Of a stretch of DNA of 64,000 nucleotides, positions 1-10,493 are shown piece by piece; within the stretch, counting starts at the first letter, position 1; the number at the start of each line of letters is the position of its first letter. This DNA comes from an uncultured delta proteobacterium (GTDB lineage: Bacteria; Myxococcota; Myxococcia; SLRQ01). Where the stretch lies: assembly GCA_963727485.1 (NCBI GenBank), contig CAVSGM010000002.1, positions 1,600,001 to 1,664,000 of the forward strand, written 5' to 3'. The notes beneath the pieces are model-generated. The model was not told the DNA's origin. It made no database searches and was given only the letters and a program-made list of their open reading frames with translations. Made by a program: the position numbers and the translations under genes.

Positions 1-20
1 CGACCCGGGCGCCCTTCCAG

Positions 21-3000
21 GTGACCGCCGCCGGCTGCCTCCCGGGCGCGGGGGATCCCGGCGACCGCCTGGTCCCCGGCCTGCTCCCGGTGACCCTCGC
101 CGGCACCCGCTACGCCGACGACCAGGCGGTGGCCGGGGGCGCGGGCGCGGCGCGCTTCGTCCTGCGCTTCTCGGCGCCGCCGGTGGATCTCGATCTGGCC
201 CAGGTGAAGCAGCTGGTGCGCTTCGACCCGGCGGTGTCGCACCTGGGCTTCGAGGTCGACGGGCACCTATTGCGGGTGAAGGGCGACTTCGTCCGGGGCC
301 GCCGGTACCTGGCCACCGTGGGCCCGGCGCCGATCCACGACCGCGCCGGCCGGCCGCTCGCCCAGCGCGGGCGCACCGAGGTCCCCTTCTTCTTCCCGGT
401 GCGGGTGAGCTACCTGCGCCTGGGCCAGGGCCACGGGGTGGTGGAGCGCTTCGGGCCCAAGATGTTCCCGGTCGCCGGCCGGGGCGACACCCGGGTGGAC
501 CTGCGCATCCAGCAGGTGGACCCCCTGGACCGGCGCTTCTGGCCCTTCCCCGATCGCCCGGTGAGGGTCGACGAGGCGAAGCGGCCCCCGGGCCCCGGGG
601 AGGCGCCCCCGGCCCCGGCGTCCCAGCGCCCCAATCCCCCGCCGGCGCGCATCGGCAAGTGGATCCGCCTCCTGGGCTCGCCGCCGGTCTCCCGGATCGC
701 GACCCTCCCGACCACCGCCGCCACCGGCGAGTCCACCTTCGGCCTCGACCTGGCCCCGGACCTGGCGAGCCTCTCCGGGCGCCAGGCGCCGGGGACCTAT
801 CTCGTGGGGGTGCGGCGCCTGGACGCCGGGACCCGCCGGGCCTGGGTGAGGCTCACGGTCACCGACCTGGCCCTGACCACCGTGACCCGGGGCCACCAGC
901 TCGCCTTCCGGGTGACCTCGCTTTCCACCGGCAAGCCCGTCGCCGGCGCCACCGTGTCGGTCCAGGGGATCCCGAGCCACGCCACCGGCTACGCCTTCCA
1001 GACCCTCCTCCAGGGTCGCACCGACGCCCAGGGCCTCTTCGTCCACGAGGTGAAGGCCCAGCGTCACGCGCAGCTGCGCCGGGTGGTGGTGACGAAGGGC
1101 CGCGACGTCCTGGTGCGCGCCATCTCCGATCCGCCCCTGACCTTCGCCCAGGGCCGGTGGACCGGGCACCCTGGGGGGTGGCTGTCGGCCCTCACCCGGT
1201 CCTTCACCGGCGCCGGGAAGCGGCTGGCGCTGGCCCACCTCATCCCCGAGCGGCCGGTGTACCGCCCCGACGACACCGTCCACCTCCTGGGCTGGGTCCG
1301 CGACCGGGTCAAGGGCCACCTCCGCGTCCCCGCCGCCCGAGCCTACCGGGTGCGCATCACCGCCCCCGACGGGAAGACCACCCTCCTCGAGGCCGAGGCC
1401 GACGATCACGGGGTGGTGGCGGTGGACTTCTCGGGCAAGGGCCGGCCCACCGGCGGCTACGAGGCCGACCTCACCAACGGCGACGGCGAGACCCTGGCGT
1501 CGGCGCGCTTCCGCCTCGAGGCCTACCGCATCCCCCGGTTTCACGTGGACCTCCACGCCCCGCGGCGAGTGCCCATGGACCGGCCGTTCACCATGGCCCT
1601 CTCGGCGGCCTACTACGCCGGGGGGCGGGTGGCCGGGCGGCCCGTGAGCTGGCGGGTGACCCAGTTCCCCTACACCTGGGTCCCCCAGGGCCGCCCGGGC
1701 TACCTCTTCGCCACCGACCAGCGCTTCTCCCGGGCCACCCGGTTCGCGCCCCCGGGCGCCATCGAGCGCCGCGACCAGACCGGCCCCGACGGCTCGGCGG
1801 CGATGAAGGTCGACCCGGGCCTCGAGCTCGACGCCAGGCCCCGGCGCTACGTCTTCGAGGCCACGGTCACCGGCGCCGACGATCAGACCGTCACCGCCCA
1901 GCGCACGGTGGTGGCCCTGCCGCCCTTCGTCCTGGGGATGAAGACCGCGCGCCTGGTCCACGGGGCCAGGGTGCTCACCCCGAAGCTCCTCGCGGTGGGG
2001 CCGGAGGGCAAGCCGGTGCCCGGCAAGCGCCTCACCGTGCGCCTGCTCTCCCGCAGGTGGCACGCCCACCTCGCCGAGACCGACGTCGCCTCGGGGACGC
2101 CCCGGTACGTGACCGACGTGGTGGACAGGAAGGTCTACGAGACCCACCTGCGCTCGGGGAAGCGCCCGGCGACGGTGCGGCTCCCGGTGCACCGGGCCGG
2201 GGTCTACGTCATCGAGGTCTCGGCGCGCGATCGCCTCGGGCGCACCCAGGTGCTCTCGGTGGACCTCTACGTCGCCGGGAAGGGCGCGGTGCCCTGGCGC
2301 CGGCCCCGGGGGAAGGTCTTCGACACCGCCACCGACAAGCCCAGCTACGCGCCGGGTCAGACGGCGCACCTGCTCCTCGAGAGCCCGTTCCAGTCGGCCC
2401 GGGGGCTGATGGTGGTGGAGGCGCCGGCGGGCAACCGCTACGTGCCCTTCGTGGTCCGCGGGGGCAAGGCGACGGTGGCCCTGCCCATCGACGCCAGCTT
2501 CGTCCCCGAGGTGCCGGTGCACTTCGTCCTCGAGCGCGGGCGGATCGCGGCGCCGGCGAAGCGCGTCGACGGCCTCGACCTGGGCAAGCCCCGGACGGTG
2601 GCCGCGACCCGGTGGGTGAAGGTGCGGCCGGTGGCAAACGAGCTCTCGGTGAAGGTGGATCACCCGAGGTCGGCGCTCCCCGGCCACACGGTGCCCCTGA
2701 CGATCCACCTGGAGACCCCCGCGGGGAAGCCGGCGGCCGGCGAGGTGTCGTTGTGGCTGGTGGACCAGGCGGTGCTCTCGCTCGGGCGCGAGGCGCGCCT
2801 CGATCCGCTGCCCAGCCTCCTGCGCAAGCCCGCGTCGGTGGTGCAGATCCGCGACACCCGGGACGCGGTGCTCGGGCGCATCCCGCTTCTCGAGCGCGCC
2901 GGGGGCGGCGGCGAGGACGAGGCGGCGGCGCCCTTTGCCCACGTGACGGTGCGCAAGGTGTTCAAGACCGTGCCCTACTTCCGGGCGCGGGTGCCGGTGG

Positions 3001-5108
3001 GGCCCTCGGGGACCGCCACGGTCAAGGTCCACCTCGCCGGCGATCTCACGGTCTTCGCCATCCGGGCGGTGGCGGTGAGCGGGCCCGAGCGCTTCGGGAC
3101 CTACAAGGGCTCGCTCCCGGTGCGCCTCCCGGTGATCGTCCAGCCGGCGCTCCCGCGCTTCGTCCGGGTGGGCGACCGCTTCGACGCCGGGGCGGTGGCG
3201 AGGGTGGTCGAGGGGCCGGACGGACCCGGGCGCTGCCGGGTCACGGTGAAGGGCGGCACGGCCGGCGCCGAGGCCCGGGGGTGCACGGTGACGCTCGCCC
3301 GGGGGACGCCGGCGCGCCTCGAGGTGCCGGTGACGGTGACCCCGCCGGCGGCCGAGGACACCGGGCCCGGGGTGGTGCCGACGCTCTCGCTGAAGGTGGC
3401 GGTGCGCCGGGACGCGGACGGGGCCGCCGACGCCTTCCAGGTGGGGATCCCGGTGCGCCCGGATCGCCGCCCCGAGACGAAGACGGTGTTCCAGGCCCTG
3501 GCGCCGGGGAAGACCTACGCGGTGCCCGGGCCGGACGCCGCGGCGCGCCCCGGCTCGGTGAAGCGCACGGTGCTCGCCACGACGAGGCCGGCGGTCCTGC
3601 GCTTCGCCAGCGGCCTCGACACCCTGCTCGCCTACCAGGACAGCTGCACCGAGCAGCGGGTGAGCATGGCGATGCCGGTGCTGGCCCTGAAGCCGCTCCT
3701 CGACCGCTTCCACCTCCCCTACGACGCGCGGGTGCTCCACCACACGGTGGCCGGGACCCTGGCGTGGCTGGAGCTCACCCGCGGGGACGACGGGCTCTAC
3801 GCCTTCTGGCCCGGGGGCACCGGCCGGGTGGGGCTGACGGCGTACGTGGTGCGGTTCCTGGTGGCGGCGAAGGCCGCGGGGATCGCGGTGCCGCCGAAGC
3901 TCCTGGACCCGGCGCTCGCGGCCCTGGCCCGGGCGCTTCGCTCCGATGACCGCAACCTGGTCGACGGGGGCGCGTTCACCGAGCGCGCCGACGCCCTTCA
4001 GGCCCTGGCCGCCGCCGGGCGCTTCGACGTGAGCTACGCCGGCCAGCTCGCCCATGTGGCCGAGGATGCCGACCTCGCCGGCGGCGCCCGGGTGCTGCTG
4101 GCCCTCAACGACGGGCAGATGGGCGACTCCCCGCTGGCGCGCCGGGTGGCGGCGAGCCTCTTCGCCGGGACGGTGTTCGTGCGCCGCCACGGGCACCTGG
4201 CCTTCGACGGCCTCCAGCGCCCCCGGACCTTCGCCAGCCCCCTGGTGCTCTTCAGCCGGACCTCGACCCAGGCGCAGCTGATCCGGGCCCTGTGGCCGCA
4301 CCACGCCGCCGACCCGCGCCTGGGGCTCATGGTCGAAGACCTCCTGCGCCAGGGCACCGGCGACGGCTGGGGCGACACCTTCCGCAACGCCCAGGTGCTC
4401 CTCGCCCTGGGCCAGGTGCTGGGCGGCGGCACCGGGCCTTCGCCCTCGACGCGGCTCACCTTCCGCCACGACGGCCACGCCCAGGACCTGTCGCTCGGCA
4501 ACCGCCGGCCCACCGCCTACGCGGTCACCGGAGGCGCCGGGAAGGCGAGCCTCTCGGTGCCGAGCTCGGCGTCGGGGACGCTGGCGGCGCGGCTGACCCT
4601 CTCCTTCGTGCCGCAGGCCACCGGCGACCAGGTACACGCCGAGAGCCACGGCTTCGTGGTGCGCCGGGAGGTGCGGCGGGTGCCGGCCAAAGGCGACGGG
4701 CCGATGCGGCGCACCTGGCTCGACCGCCCGGGGCGCCGCCTCGCCTTCCAGGTGGGCGACGTGGAGGAGACCCACGTGCAGGTGGTGAGCCCCGAGCAGC
4801 GCCACTACGTGGTCATCGAGGTGCCGCTGGCGGCGGGGATGGAGCCGATGAACCCGGCGCTGGCCACCGCCCCCGCCGCGGCGAAGCCCAGCGAGCCGCC
4901 GACCCTGAAGCCCACCTACGTGCAGTACCTCGACGACGTGGTGCGCTTCTACTTCGAGACCCTCCCCGCGGGCACCTTCGACTTCTACTACCGGGTGCGG
5001 GCGGCGACCGCCGGCGACTTCGCCCAGCCGCCGGCCCGGGCGGCGATGATGTACCACCCCGAGGTGCGCGGCCGGTCCAACGGGGCGCGGGTGGTGGTGA
5101 CCCGGTGA
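21..5108 (+). CDS. Bacterial alpha-2-macroglobulin family protein (probably 5' truncated by the window edge)
   Basis: MG2 motif ERPVYRPDDTV; TDKPSYAPGQ; bait-like region before VRKVFKTVPYF; thioester motif CTEQ (3645-3656); C-terminal PPARAAMMYHPE; directly upstream of pbpC, the usual pairing. Confidence 0.93.
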   Translation: MTAAGCLPGAGDPGDRLVPGLLPVTLAGTRYADDQAVAGGAGAARFVLRFSAPPVDLDLAQVKQLVRFDPAVSHLGFEVDGHLLRVKGDFVRGRRYLATVGPAPIHDRAGRPLAQRGRTEVPFFFPVRVSYLRLGQGHGVVERFGPKMFPVAGRGDTRVDLRIQQVDPLDRRFWPFPDRPVRVDEAKRPPGPGEAPPAPASQRPNPPPARIGKWIRLLGSPPVSRIATLPTTAATGESTFGLDLAPDLASLSGRQAPGTYLVGVRRLDAGTRRAWVRLTVTDLALTTVTRGHQLAFRVTSLSTGKPVAGATVSVQGIPSHATGYAFQTLLQGRTDAQGLFVHEVKAQRHAQLRRVVVTKGRDVLVRAISDPPLTFAQGRWTGHPGGWLSALTRSFTGAGKRLALAHLIPERPVYRPDDTVHLLGWVRDRVKGHLRVPAARAYRVRITAPDGKTTLLEAEADDHGVVAVDFSGKGRPTGGYEADLTNGDGETLASARFRLEAYRIPRFHVDLHAPRRVPMDRPFTMALSAAYYAGGRVAGRPVSWRVTQFPYTWVPQGRPGYLFATDQRFSRATRFAPPGAIERRDQTGPDGSAAMKVDPGLELDARPRRYVFEATVTGADDQTVTAQRTVVALPPFVLGMKTARLVHGARVLTPKLLAVGPEGKPVPGKRLTVRLLSRRWHAHLAETDVASGTPRYVTDVVDRKVYETHLRSGKRPATVRLPVHRAGVYVIEVSARDRLGRTQVLSVDLYVAGKGAVPWRRPRGKVFDTATDKPSYAPGQTAHLLLESPFQSARGLMVVEAPAGNRYVPFVVRGGKATVALPIDASFVPEVPVHFVLERGRIAAPAKRVDGLDLGKPRTVAATRWVKVRPVANELSVKVDHPRSALPGHTVPLTIHLETPAGKPAAGEVSLWLVDQAVLSLGREARLDPLPSLLRKPASVVQIRDTRDAVLGRIPLLERAGGGGEDEAAAPFAHVTVRKVFKTVPYFRARVPVGPSGTATVKVHLAGDLTVFAIRAVAVSGPERFGTYKGSLPVRLPVIVQPALPRFVRVGDRFDAGAVARVVEGPDGPGRCRVTVKGGTAGAEARGCTVTLARGTPARLEVPVTVTPPAAEDTGPGVVPTLSLKVAVRRDADGAADAFQVGIPVRPDRRPETKTVFQALAPGKTYAVPGPDAAARPGSVKRTVLATTRPAVLRFASGLDTLLAYQDSCTEQRVSMAMPVLALKPLLDRFHLPYDARVLHHTVAGTLAWLELTRGDDGLYAFWPGGTGRVGLTAYVVRFLVAAKAAGIAVPPKLLDPALAALARALRSDDRNLVDGGAFTERADALQALAAAGRFDVSYAGQLAHVAEDADLAGGARVLLALNDGQMGDSPLARRVAASLFAGTVFVRRHGHLAFDGLQRPRTFASPLVLFSRTSTQAQLIRALWPHHAADPRLGLMVEDLLRQGTGDGWGDTFRNAQVLLALGQVLGGGTGPSPSTRLTFRHDGHAQDLSLGNRRPTAYAVTGGAGKASLSVPSSASGTLAARLTLSFVPQATGDQVHAESHGFVVRREVRRVPAKGDGPMRRTWLDRPGRRLAFQVGDVEETHVQVVSPEQRHYVVIEVPLAAGMEPMNPALATAPAAAKPSEPPTLKPTYVQYLDDVVRFYFETLPAGTFDFYYRVRAATAGDFAQPPARAAMMYHPEVRGRSNGARVVVTR

Positions 5109-7522
5109 CGCGAAGAGGGCGCCAGCTCGCGGTGACGGTCGCCCTTCGGGTCGGCCGGGGGCGGCGCCTGGCGGCGCTGGTGGCCGCGGCCCTCGTCGGA
5201 CTCGCGGGCGGCTCGGGCTACGCCTGGCAGCGCCTCGGCCACCAGGTGCGCCTCCTCACCCCGGTGCCCACGCGCCTCTTCGTCGACACCCAGGGGCGCT
5301 TCCTCGCCGAGGTGAGCCAAAGCCAGCGGCGCCTGGGGTACTGGCAGCTTCCACCGCGGATCCCGCCCCGGGTGGAGGCGGCGACCCTCGCCGCCGAGGA
5401 CGCGCGCTTCTACCGCCACCCCGGGGTCGACTGGCGCTCGGTGCTCCGGGCGGCGTGGCAGGATCTTCGCGCCGGCCACGTGGTCTCCGGGGCCTCGACC
5501 CTGGCGATGCAGGTGGCGAAGATGCAGCACCCGCGGCCCCGGACCCTCTTGCGCAAGGCCGCCGAGGCGGTGGTGGCCCTGCGCCTCACCCACCGCTTCG
5601 GCCACCGGGCGGTCCTGCGCCAGTACCTGACCCTCGCCCCCTACGGGAACCGGGCCCGGGGCATCGTCTACGCGGCCAGGCGGTACTTCGACAAGCCGGT
5701 GGCCGATCTCTCCTGGGCCGAGGCGGCGTTCCTCGCGGGGCTGCCCAAGATGCCCGGGCGCCTCAACGTCCACCACCGGGCGGGGCGGGCCCGGGCCGAG
5801 GTGCGGGCGCGCTACGTCCTCGGGCGCCTGGAGGCCCTGGGGTGGATGTCGAAGGAGGCGTACGCCGAGGCGGAGGCGGCGCTGCCGCGGCTGCTCCTCG
5901 CGCCCCACCAGGTGCGGCCGGTGTCCGCGATCCACGCGGTCCTGGCCATGGACCGGCAGCTCGATCGCCGGGGCGCCCCCGCCGGGCACCGGGTACGCAC
6001 CACCCTCGACCTCGACGTCCAGCGCACGGTGGCCCGGGCGGTGGCGGCGCAGGTGAAGACCCTGCGGAACCGGGGCGCCGGCAACCTGGCGGTGGTGGTC
6101 GCCGACGCGCGCACCGGGGCCATCCGCGCCTACCTGGGCTCGGCGGACTACCTCGACCGGTGGCACCACGGCGCCATCGACTACGCCCGGGTGGCCCGGT
6201 CCTCGGGGTCGAGCCTCAAGCCCTTCATCTACGCGCTGGGGATGTCGCGCGCCGGGTTCACCGCGGCGACGGTCCTCGACGACGTGGGCCTCGCCCCCGA
6301 CGCCAGCACCGGCAGCTACACGGTGCGCAACTACGACGGCACCTTCCTGGGCCCGGTGCTCTACCGCAACGCGCTCGCCAACAGCCGGAACATCCCCGCG
6401 GTGGAGGTGCTCCGGGCCGTGGGCGTCGATCCCGCCTACCGCACCTTCTACGAGCTGGGGCTGGTGCGCCGGTGGCGGGATCCCAGCCGCTACGGCCTGG
6501 GGATGGCCATCGGGGCGATGCCGGTGCGCCTCGTCGATCTGGTGGGCGCCTACGGGGCGCTGGCGAACGGCGGGCGGCGGACGCGCCTCTCGTTCTTCCC
6601 CGGGTCGCGGCCCGGCCGCCGGGTGCTCCCCGAGGACGTCTCCCGCGCGATCACCGGCTTCCTCTCGGACCCCATGGCGCGCCTGCCGAGCTTCCGCCGG
6701 GGCGACGCGTTGGACCTGCCGTTCCCGGTGGCGGTGAAGACCGGGACCTCCCAGGGCTTCCGCGACGCCTGGTGCGTGGGCTTCTCCCGGCGGTGGCTGG
6801 TGGGCGTGTGGGTGGGCCGCGCGGACGACGGGCCCATGGCCCACGTGAGCGGGGCCAGCGGGGCGGGCAAGGTGTTCCACGCGGTGATGGCGGCGCTCCA
6901 GCCGGCGGCGATGCAGGGCCTCTCGGACACGGGCTTCCCGCCGCCGCGGGGCTGGGTGTCGCGCCGGGTGGACATGCTCACCGGCAAGCTCGCCGGGCCG
7001 CTGGCCCCGTACGTCGCCGTGGCCTGGTTCAAGCCCGGCACCGAGCCGGTCACGGTGACCGACGCCTACCGGCAGATCGTGGTCGACCGCCGCACCGGCC
7101 GGCCCGCGGCGCCGGGGACGCCCAGGCGCTGGCGGCGCCGGCGGACCTTCGTGGACCTGGGCCCGCGCTTCGCCGCCTGGGCCAAGGCCGCGGGCCTTCG
7201 GCTCCCGCCGCTGCCGGCGCTCCCCGGGGATCCGCGCCACCCCGACGTCGACCCGCGCATCGTCCTCGACGCCCCGGCCCGGGGCGCCCGGGTCCTGGCC
7301 GATCCCGATCTCCCGGCGGCGGACGCCACGCTGCGCCTCTCGGCGCGGGTGACCCCGCCGGTGCCCCAGGTGGTGTGGTGGGTCGACGGCCGGCCCTACA
7401 AGGTCGTCGACTACCCCTACGAGACGCGGTGGCCGCTGACCCCGGGCCGGCACGTGTTCCAGGTGCGGCTGCCCTACGCGCCGGTCCGCAGCGCCACGGT
7501 GGCGGTGCGGGTGGACGGGTAG
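5105..7522 (+). CDS. pbpC: Penicillin-binding protein 1C (transglycosylase, transpeptidase, C-terminal domain)
   Basis: AEDARFYRHPGVD, GASTLAMQVAK, SxxK (GSSLKPF), SRN, KTGT motifs; GTG start overlaps the A2M stop (GTGA 5105-5108). Confidence 0.93.
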   Translation: MTRRGRQLAVTVALRVGRGRRLAALVAAALVGLAGGSGYAWQRLGHQVRLLTPVPTRLFVDTQGRFLAEVSQSQRRLGYWQLPPRIPPRVEAATLAAEDARFYRHPGVDWRSVLRAAWQDLRAGHVVSGASTLAMQVAKMQHPRPRTLLRKAAEAVVALRLTHRFGHRAVLRQYLTLAPYGNRARGIVYAARRYFDKPVADLSWAEAAFLAGLPKMPGRLNVHHRAGRARAEVRARYVLGRLEALGWMSKEAYAEAEAALPRLLLAPHQVRPVSAIHAVLAMDRQLDRRGAPAGHRVRTTLDLDVQRTVARAVAAQVKTLRNRGAGNLAVVVADARTGAIRAYLGSADYLDRWHHGAIDYARVARSSGSSLKPFIYALGMSRAGFTAATVLDDVGLAPDASTGSYTVRNYDGTFLGPVLYRNALANSRNIPAVEVLRAVGVDPAYRTFYELGLVRRWRDPSRYGLGMAIGAMPVRLVDLVGAYGALANGGRRTRLSFFPGSRPGRRVLPEDVSRAITGFLSDPMARLPSFRRGDALDLPFPVAVKTGTSQGFRDAWCVGFSRRWLVGVWVGRADDGPMAHVSGASGAGKVFHAVMAALQPAAMQGLSDTGFPPPRGWVSRRVDMLTGKLAGPLAPYVAVAWFKPGTEPVTVTDAYRQIVVDRRTGRPAAPGTPRRWRRRRTFVDLGPRFAAWAKAAGLRLPPLPALPGDPRHPDVDPRIVLDAPARGARVLADPDLPAADATLRLSARVTPPVPQVVWWVDGRPYKVVDYPYETRWPLTPGRHVFQVRLPYAPVRSATVAVRVDG

Positions 7523-8410
7523 TCAGGCCGCCGGCGCCGCCGCCGCCGCCTCGAGGACCTCGCGCATCCGCCGCCGGGGGATGAAGTGCCCCTGGCCGGC
7601 GATGAGCCGGAGCGTCGCGCCGGGGATCGCGTCGGCGAGGCGCCGGGCGTGGCTCGGGGGGAGGAGCCCGTCGCGTTCGCCCTGCCACAGGTGGGTCTCC
7701 ACGCGCACCGCGCCGAGGTCGAAGCCCCAGGGCGAGGCGAGGAGGCGGTAGTCCTCGGCGGTGCCCCGGCCCCCGGGCGCCAGCGCGTCGAAGAAGGGCC
7801 CGCTGACCACGTGGCCCGGCAGGTCCCGGAGCAGCGCCGCGTCGGGATCGCCGGTGTCCTCGAGGCCCTTCACCAGGGTGCGCTCGATCATCGCCGCGGT
7901 GGCGAGGCGGGTGGCGCCGAGGACGGCGCCGGCCAGCCGCGGGGCGCGCCTCGCCAGGGGGAAGAGCAGGCGGTCGCCGAGGAGGCCGAGCTCGGCGACG
8001 TCCCCGGGGCGGTCGATGGGCGCCATCCCCGCCAGCGTCATCACCCGGGTCACCCGGTCGCCGAGGCGCGCGGCGCAGGCCAGGGCGTAGGGCCCGCCGG
8101 CGGACCAGCCGACCACGGCGAAGCGGTCGAGGCCCAGGTGGTCGGCCAGCGCCGCCACGTCGCCGGCGAGGTCCGGGAGGGTGCGGCCCGGCTGGCGATC
8201 TCCCGCCTGGAGATCCGAGGTGCCGATCCCCGGCCGGTCCACGGCGAGGAGGCGGACCTCGAGGGCGTCGCAGAGCCCGGCGGCGAAGGCGACCTCGGTG
8301 CGGCAGGACAGCCCCCCGTGGTGCCAGATCACCGGCCGGCCGCCCGCGGGCCCGAGGGCGAGGTAGCCGAGGCGCCGGCCGCCTTCGAGGGTGAGGACCT
8401 GGTCTGCCAT
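7523..8410 (-). CDS. Alpha/beta hydrolase
   Basis: HHGG oxyanion region, DRPGIG, GWSAGG nucleophile elbow, GERD and GQGH acid/His motifs. Confidence 0.9.
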   Translation of the reverse strand: MADQVLTLEGGRRLGYLALGPAGGRPVIWHHGGLSCRTEVAFAAGLCDALEVRLLAVDRPGIGTSDLQAGDRQPGRTLPDLAGDVAALADHLGLDRFAVVGWSAGGPYALACAARLGDRVTRVMTLAGMAPIDRPGDVAELGLLGDRLLFPLARRAPRLAGAVLGATRLATAAMIERTLVKGLEDTGDPDAALLRDLPGHVVSGPFFDALAPGGRGTAEDYRLLASPWGFDLGAVRVETHLWQGERDGLLPPSHARRLADAIPGATLRLIAGQGHFIPRRRMREVLEAAAAAPAA

Positions 8411-8474
8411 GGCGCGGGCATCCTACCCGCGGCGCGTCACCCGCGCAGCCTCGGCGGGGGCAGGGTCCGGGACG

Positions 8475-8495
8475 AATTCAGCACTGCTGTATTAT
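8475..8495. promoter_or_regulatory. Imperfect palindrome (putative operator) next to a TATTAT -10-like hexamer
   Basis: AATTCAGCA-C-TGCTGTATT (8475-8493), an AT-rich patch in the divergent hydrolase/GT2 intergenic region. Confidence 0.4.
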
Positions 8496-8604
8496 CGGCC
8501 CAGAGGGGCGCCGGCAGGGCGCGAGGGCAGGGGGCGACTCGGCCGCGGGCCGGGGAGTCCGCCCGAGTGACCGGCCGTGCCGCACGTGCTTTCCTGGGGG
8601 CTGC

Positions 8605-9834
8605 ATGATCTGGATCGTCGCCGCCTTCGAGCTCGCCTTCCTCGTCACCGTGGTGGCGATGCTGGTGAACCTCGGGCGCATGCGGCGCCTGGCCGACCTC
8701 CCGCTCCCCGACCGCGCGGAGTGGCCCACGGTCTCGGTGGTGATCCCGGCGCGCAACGAGGGCACCCACCTGGGGCCGGCGATGCAGCGGCGCATGGCCA
8801 CCGACTACCCGGGCCTCGAGGTGATCCTCGTCGACGACCGGTCCGAGGACGACACCGGCGCCATCGCCGACCGCCTCGCCGCCGCCGACCCGCGGATCCG
8901 GGTGATCCACAACACCGGGCTCCCGGACGGCTGGCTGGGGAAGGTCCACGCCCTGGACCTCGGCGCCCGCGGGGCCACCGGCGAGTGGATCCTCTTCAGC
9001 GACGGCGACGTGGAGGTGGCCCCGGGGACCCTGCGCCGCTCGGTGGCGTTCTGCGAGGCGCAGGGCTTCGATCTCTTGGCGGCGATCCCCATGCCCGACC
9101 CCGCCGGCCCCTGGGTCGGCGCGCTCCACGCGATCATGGCGCGGCTGCTCTTCGGCGCGGCCTTCGTCGGCGCCATCGAGGACCCGCGGCGCGACTGGAT
9201 CATCGGCGTCGGCGCCTACACCCTGGTGCGCCGGGAGGCCCTCGAGCGCTCGGCGGGCTTCGCCGCCTTCCGCCTCGACGTCGCCGACGACCTGCGCCTC
9301 GCCCAGGTGGTCAAGCGCGCCGGGGGCCGGTGCACCCTGGTCAACGGGGTCGACGCGGTGGGCGTCGACTTCTACCCCACGGTGCGCGACTTTTTCGGGG
9401 GCATCGAGAAGAGCAGCTGGTCGGTCCTCGCCGGCTTCCGGCTCCTCCAGGGCCTCGGCCTCTCGGCGCTCTTCCTCGCCATGGAGCTCTCGCCGCTCGC
9501 CTTCCCCGTGGTGGCGCCGACCGCGACGCTGCGTCTCGTCGGTGGCGCGCTCCTCGCCTTTGCCCTCGGCGCCTCGGCCTACGCGCTCCAGAGGGGCAAC
9601 GGTCGCCCGCTCCCGGGCCTCCTCTACCCGGTGGGCTCGGTGCTCTTCGCCTGCGGCGCTGCCCGGGGCACGGTCCTCGGGTGGTGGCGCGGGGGCCTGA
9701 AGTGGCGCGGGACCTTCTACGACACCGAGACCCTCAGGGCCGCAGCGAAGGAGGCGGCGATTTCCCGTCGTGCTCCCGCAGGAGCCAGCTCGGCCGCCGC
9801 GGGGTTGGCAGCGCCACCCGGAAGTGATCGCTGA
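8605..9834 (+). CDS. Membrane glycosyltransferase family 2 (HpnB/CrtQ-like)
   Basis: VIPARNEG, VDDRSEDDT, GWLGKVHAL, FSDGD (DxD), ADDLRL; N- and C-terminal TM helices. Confidence 0.88.
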   Translation: MIWIVAAFELAFLVTVVAMLVNLGRMRRLADLPLPDRAEWPTVSVVIPARNEGTHLGPAMQRRMATDYPGLEVILVDDRSEDDTGAIADRLAAADPRIRVIHNTGLPDGWLGKVHALDLGARGATGEWILFSDGDVEVAPGTLRRSVAFCEAQGFDLLAAIPMPDPAGPWVGALHAIMARLLFGAAFVGAIEDPRRDWIIGVGAYTLVRREALERSAGFAAFRLDVADDLRLAQVVKRAGGRCTLVNGVDAVGVDFYPTVRDFFGGIEKSSWSVLAGFRLLQGLGLSALFLAMELSPLAFPVVAPTATLRLVGGALLAFALGASAYALQRGNGRPLPGLLYPVGSVLFACGAARGTVLGWWRGGLKWRGTFYDTETLRAAAKEAAISRRAPAGASSAAAGLAAPPGSDR

Positions 9835-10489
9835 CCACCTCGCGGATGTGCGCCACCGCCTCCACCGGGTCGTCGGTGACGTGGTAGCGCGCCAGGTCCG
9901 AGGCGCCGATGGTCCCCTCGTCGACCATCTCGTGCTCCACGAACTCGAGGAGCCCCGACCAGTACTCCGAGCCCATGACCACCACCGGGAACCCCTTGAG
10001 CTTCCCGGTCTGGATCAGCGTCATCACCTCGAAGCTCTCGTCGAGGGTGCCGAAGCCCCCGGGGAGCACCACGAAGGCGTAGGAGTACTTCACCAGCATC
10101 ACCTTGCGCACGAAGAAGTGCTCGAAGGTGAGGTGGCGCTGCACGTAGGGGTTGGGCTGCTGCTCCTTGGGGAGCACGATGTTGCAGCCGATGGACCGGC
10201 CCCCGGCCTCGTTCGCCCCGCGGTTGGCCGCCTCCATGATCCCCGGGCCCCCGCCGGTCATCACCGTGAACCCGGCTCGGGCCAGCTCCCCGCCGAGCTG
10301 GCGCGCCAGGTCGTAGTAGGGGTGCTCGGCGTCGAAGCGCGCCGAGCCGAAGACGGTCACGCAGGGCCCCACGAAGTGCAGGGTGCGGAAGCCCCGGAGG
10401 AACTCGGCGGCGATGTGCCCCACGCGCGCGAGCTCCGAGAGCCTCGACCTCGGGCCCTCGAGGAACTCGCGCTCGTGGTTGCGCGCCAC
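9734..10489 (-). CDS. LOG family nucleotide phosphoribohydrolase (TIGR00730-like)
   Basis: VFGSAR, TGGGPGIMEAANRGA, FFVRKVML, PGGFGTLDE. Confidence 0.92.
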   Translation of the reverse strand: MARNHEREFLEGPRSRLSELARVGHIAAEFLRGFRTLHFVGPCVTVFGSARFDAEHPYYDLARQLGGELARAGFTVMTGGGPGIMEAANRGANEAGGRSIGCNIVLPKEQQPNPYVQRHLTFEHFFVRKVMLVKYSYAFVVLPGGFGTLDESFEVMTLIQTGKLKGFPVVVMGSEYWSGLLEFVEHEMVDEGTIGASDLARYHVTDDPVEAVAHIREVVSDHFRVALPTPRRPSWLLREHDGKSPPPSLRP

Positions 10490-10493
10490 GCGC

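Noticed and set aside
267..5057. Long antisense and alternative-frame ORFs (e.g. 267-5057 -, 34124-39811 +, 24071-26917 -)
   Set aside because: Shadow ORFs expected at very high GC; no motifs; they overlap well-supported genes
9734..9834. 101-bp convergent overlap of GT2 and LOG (also 53875-53924)
   Set aside because: Low-information tails; stop codons are scarce at high GC, or an indel extends one frame
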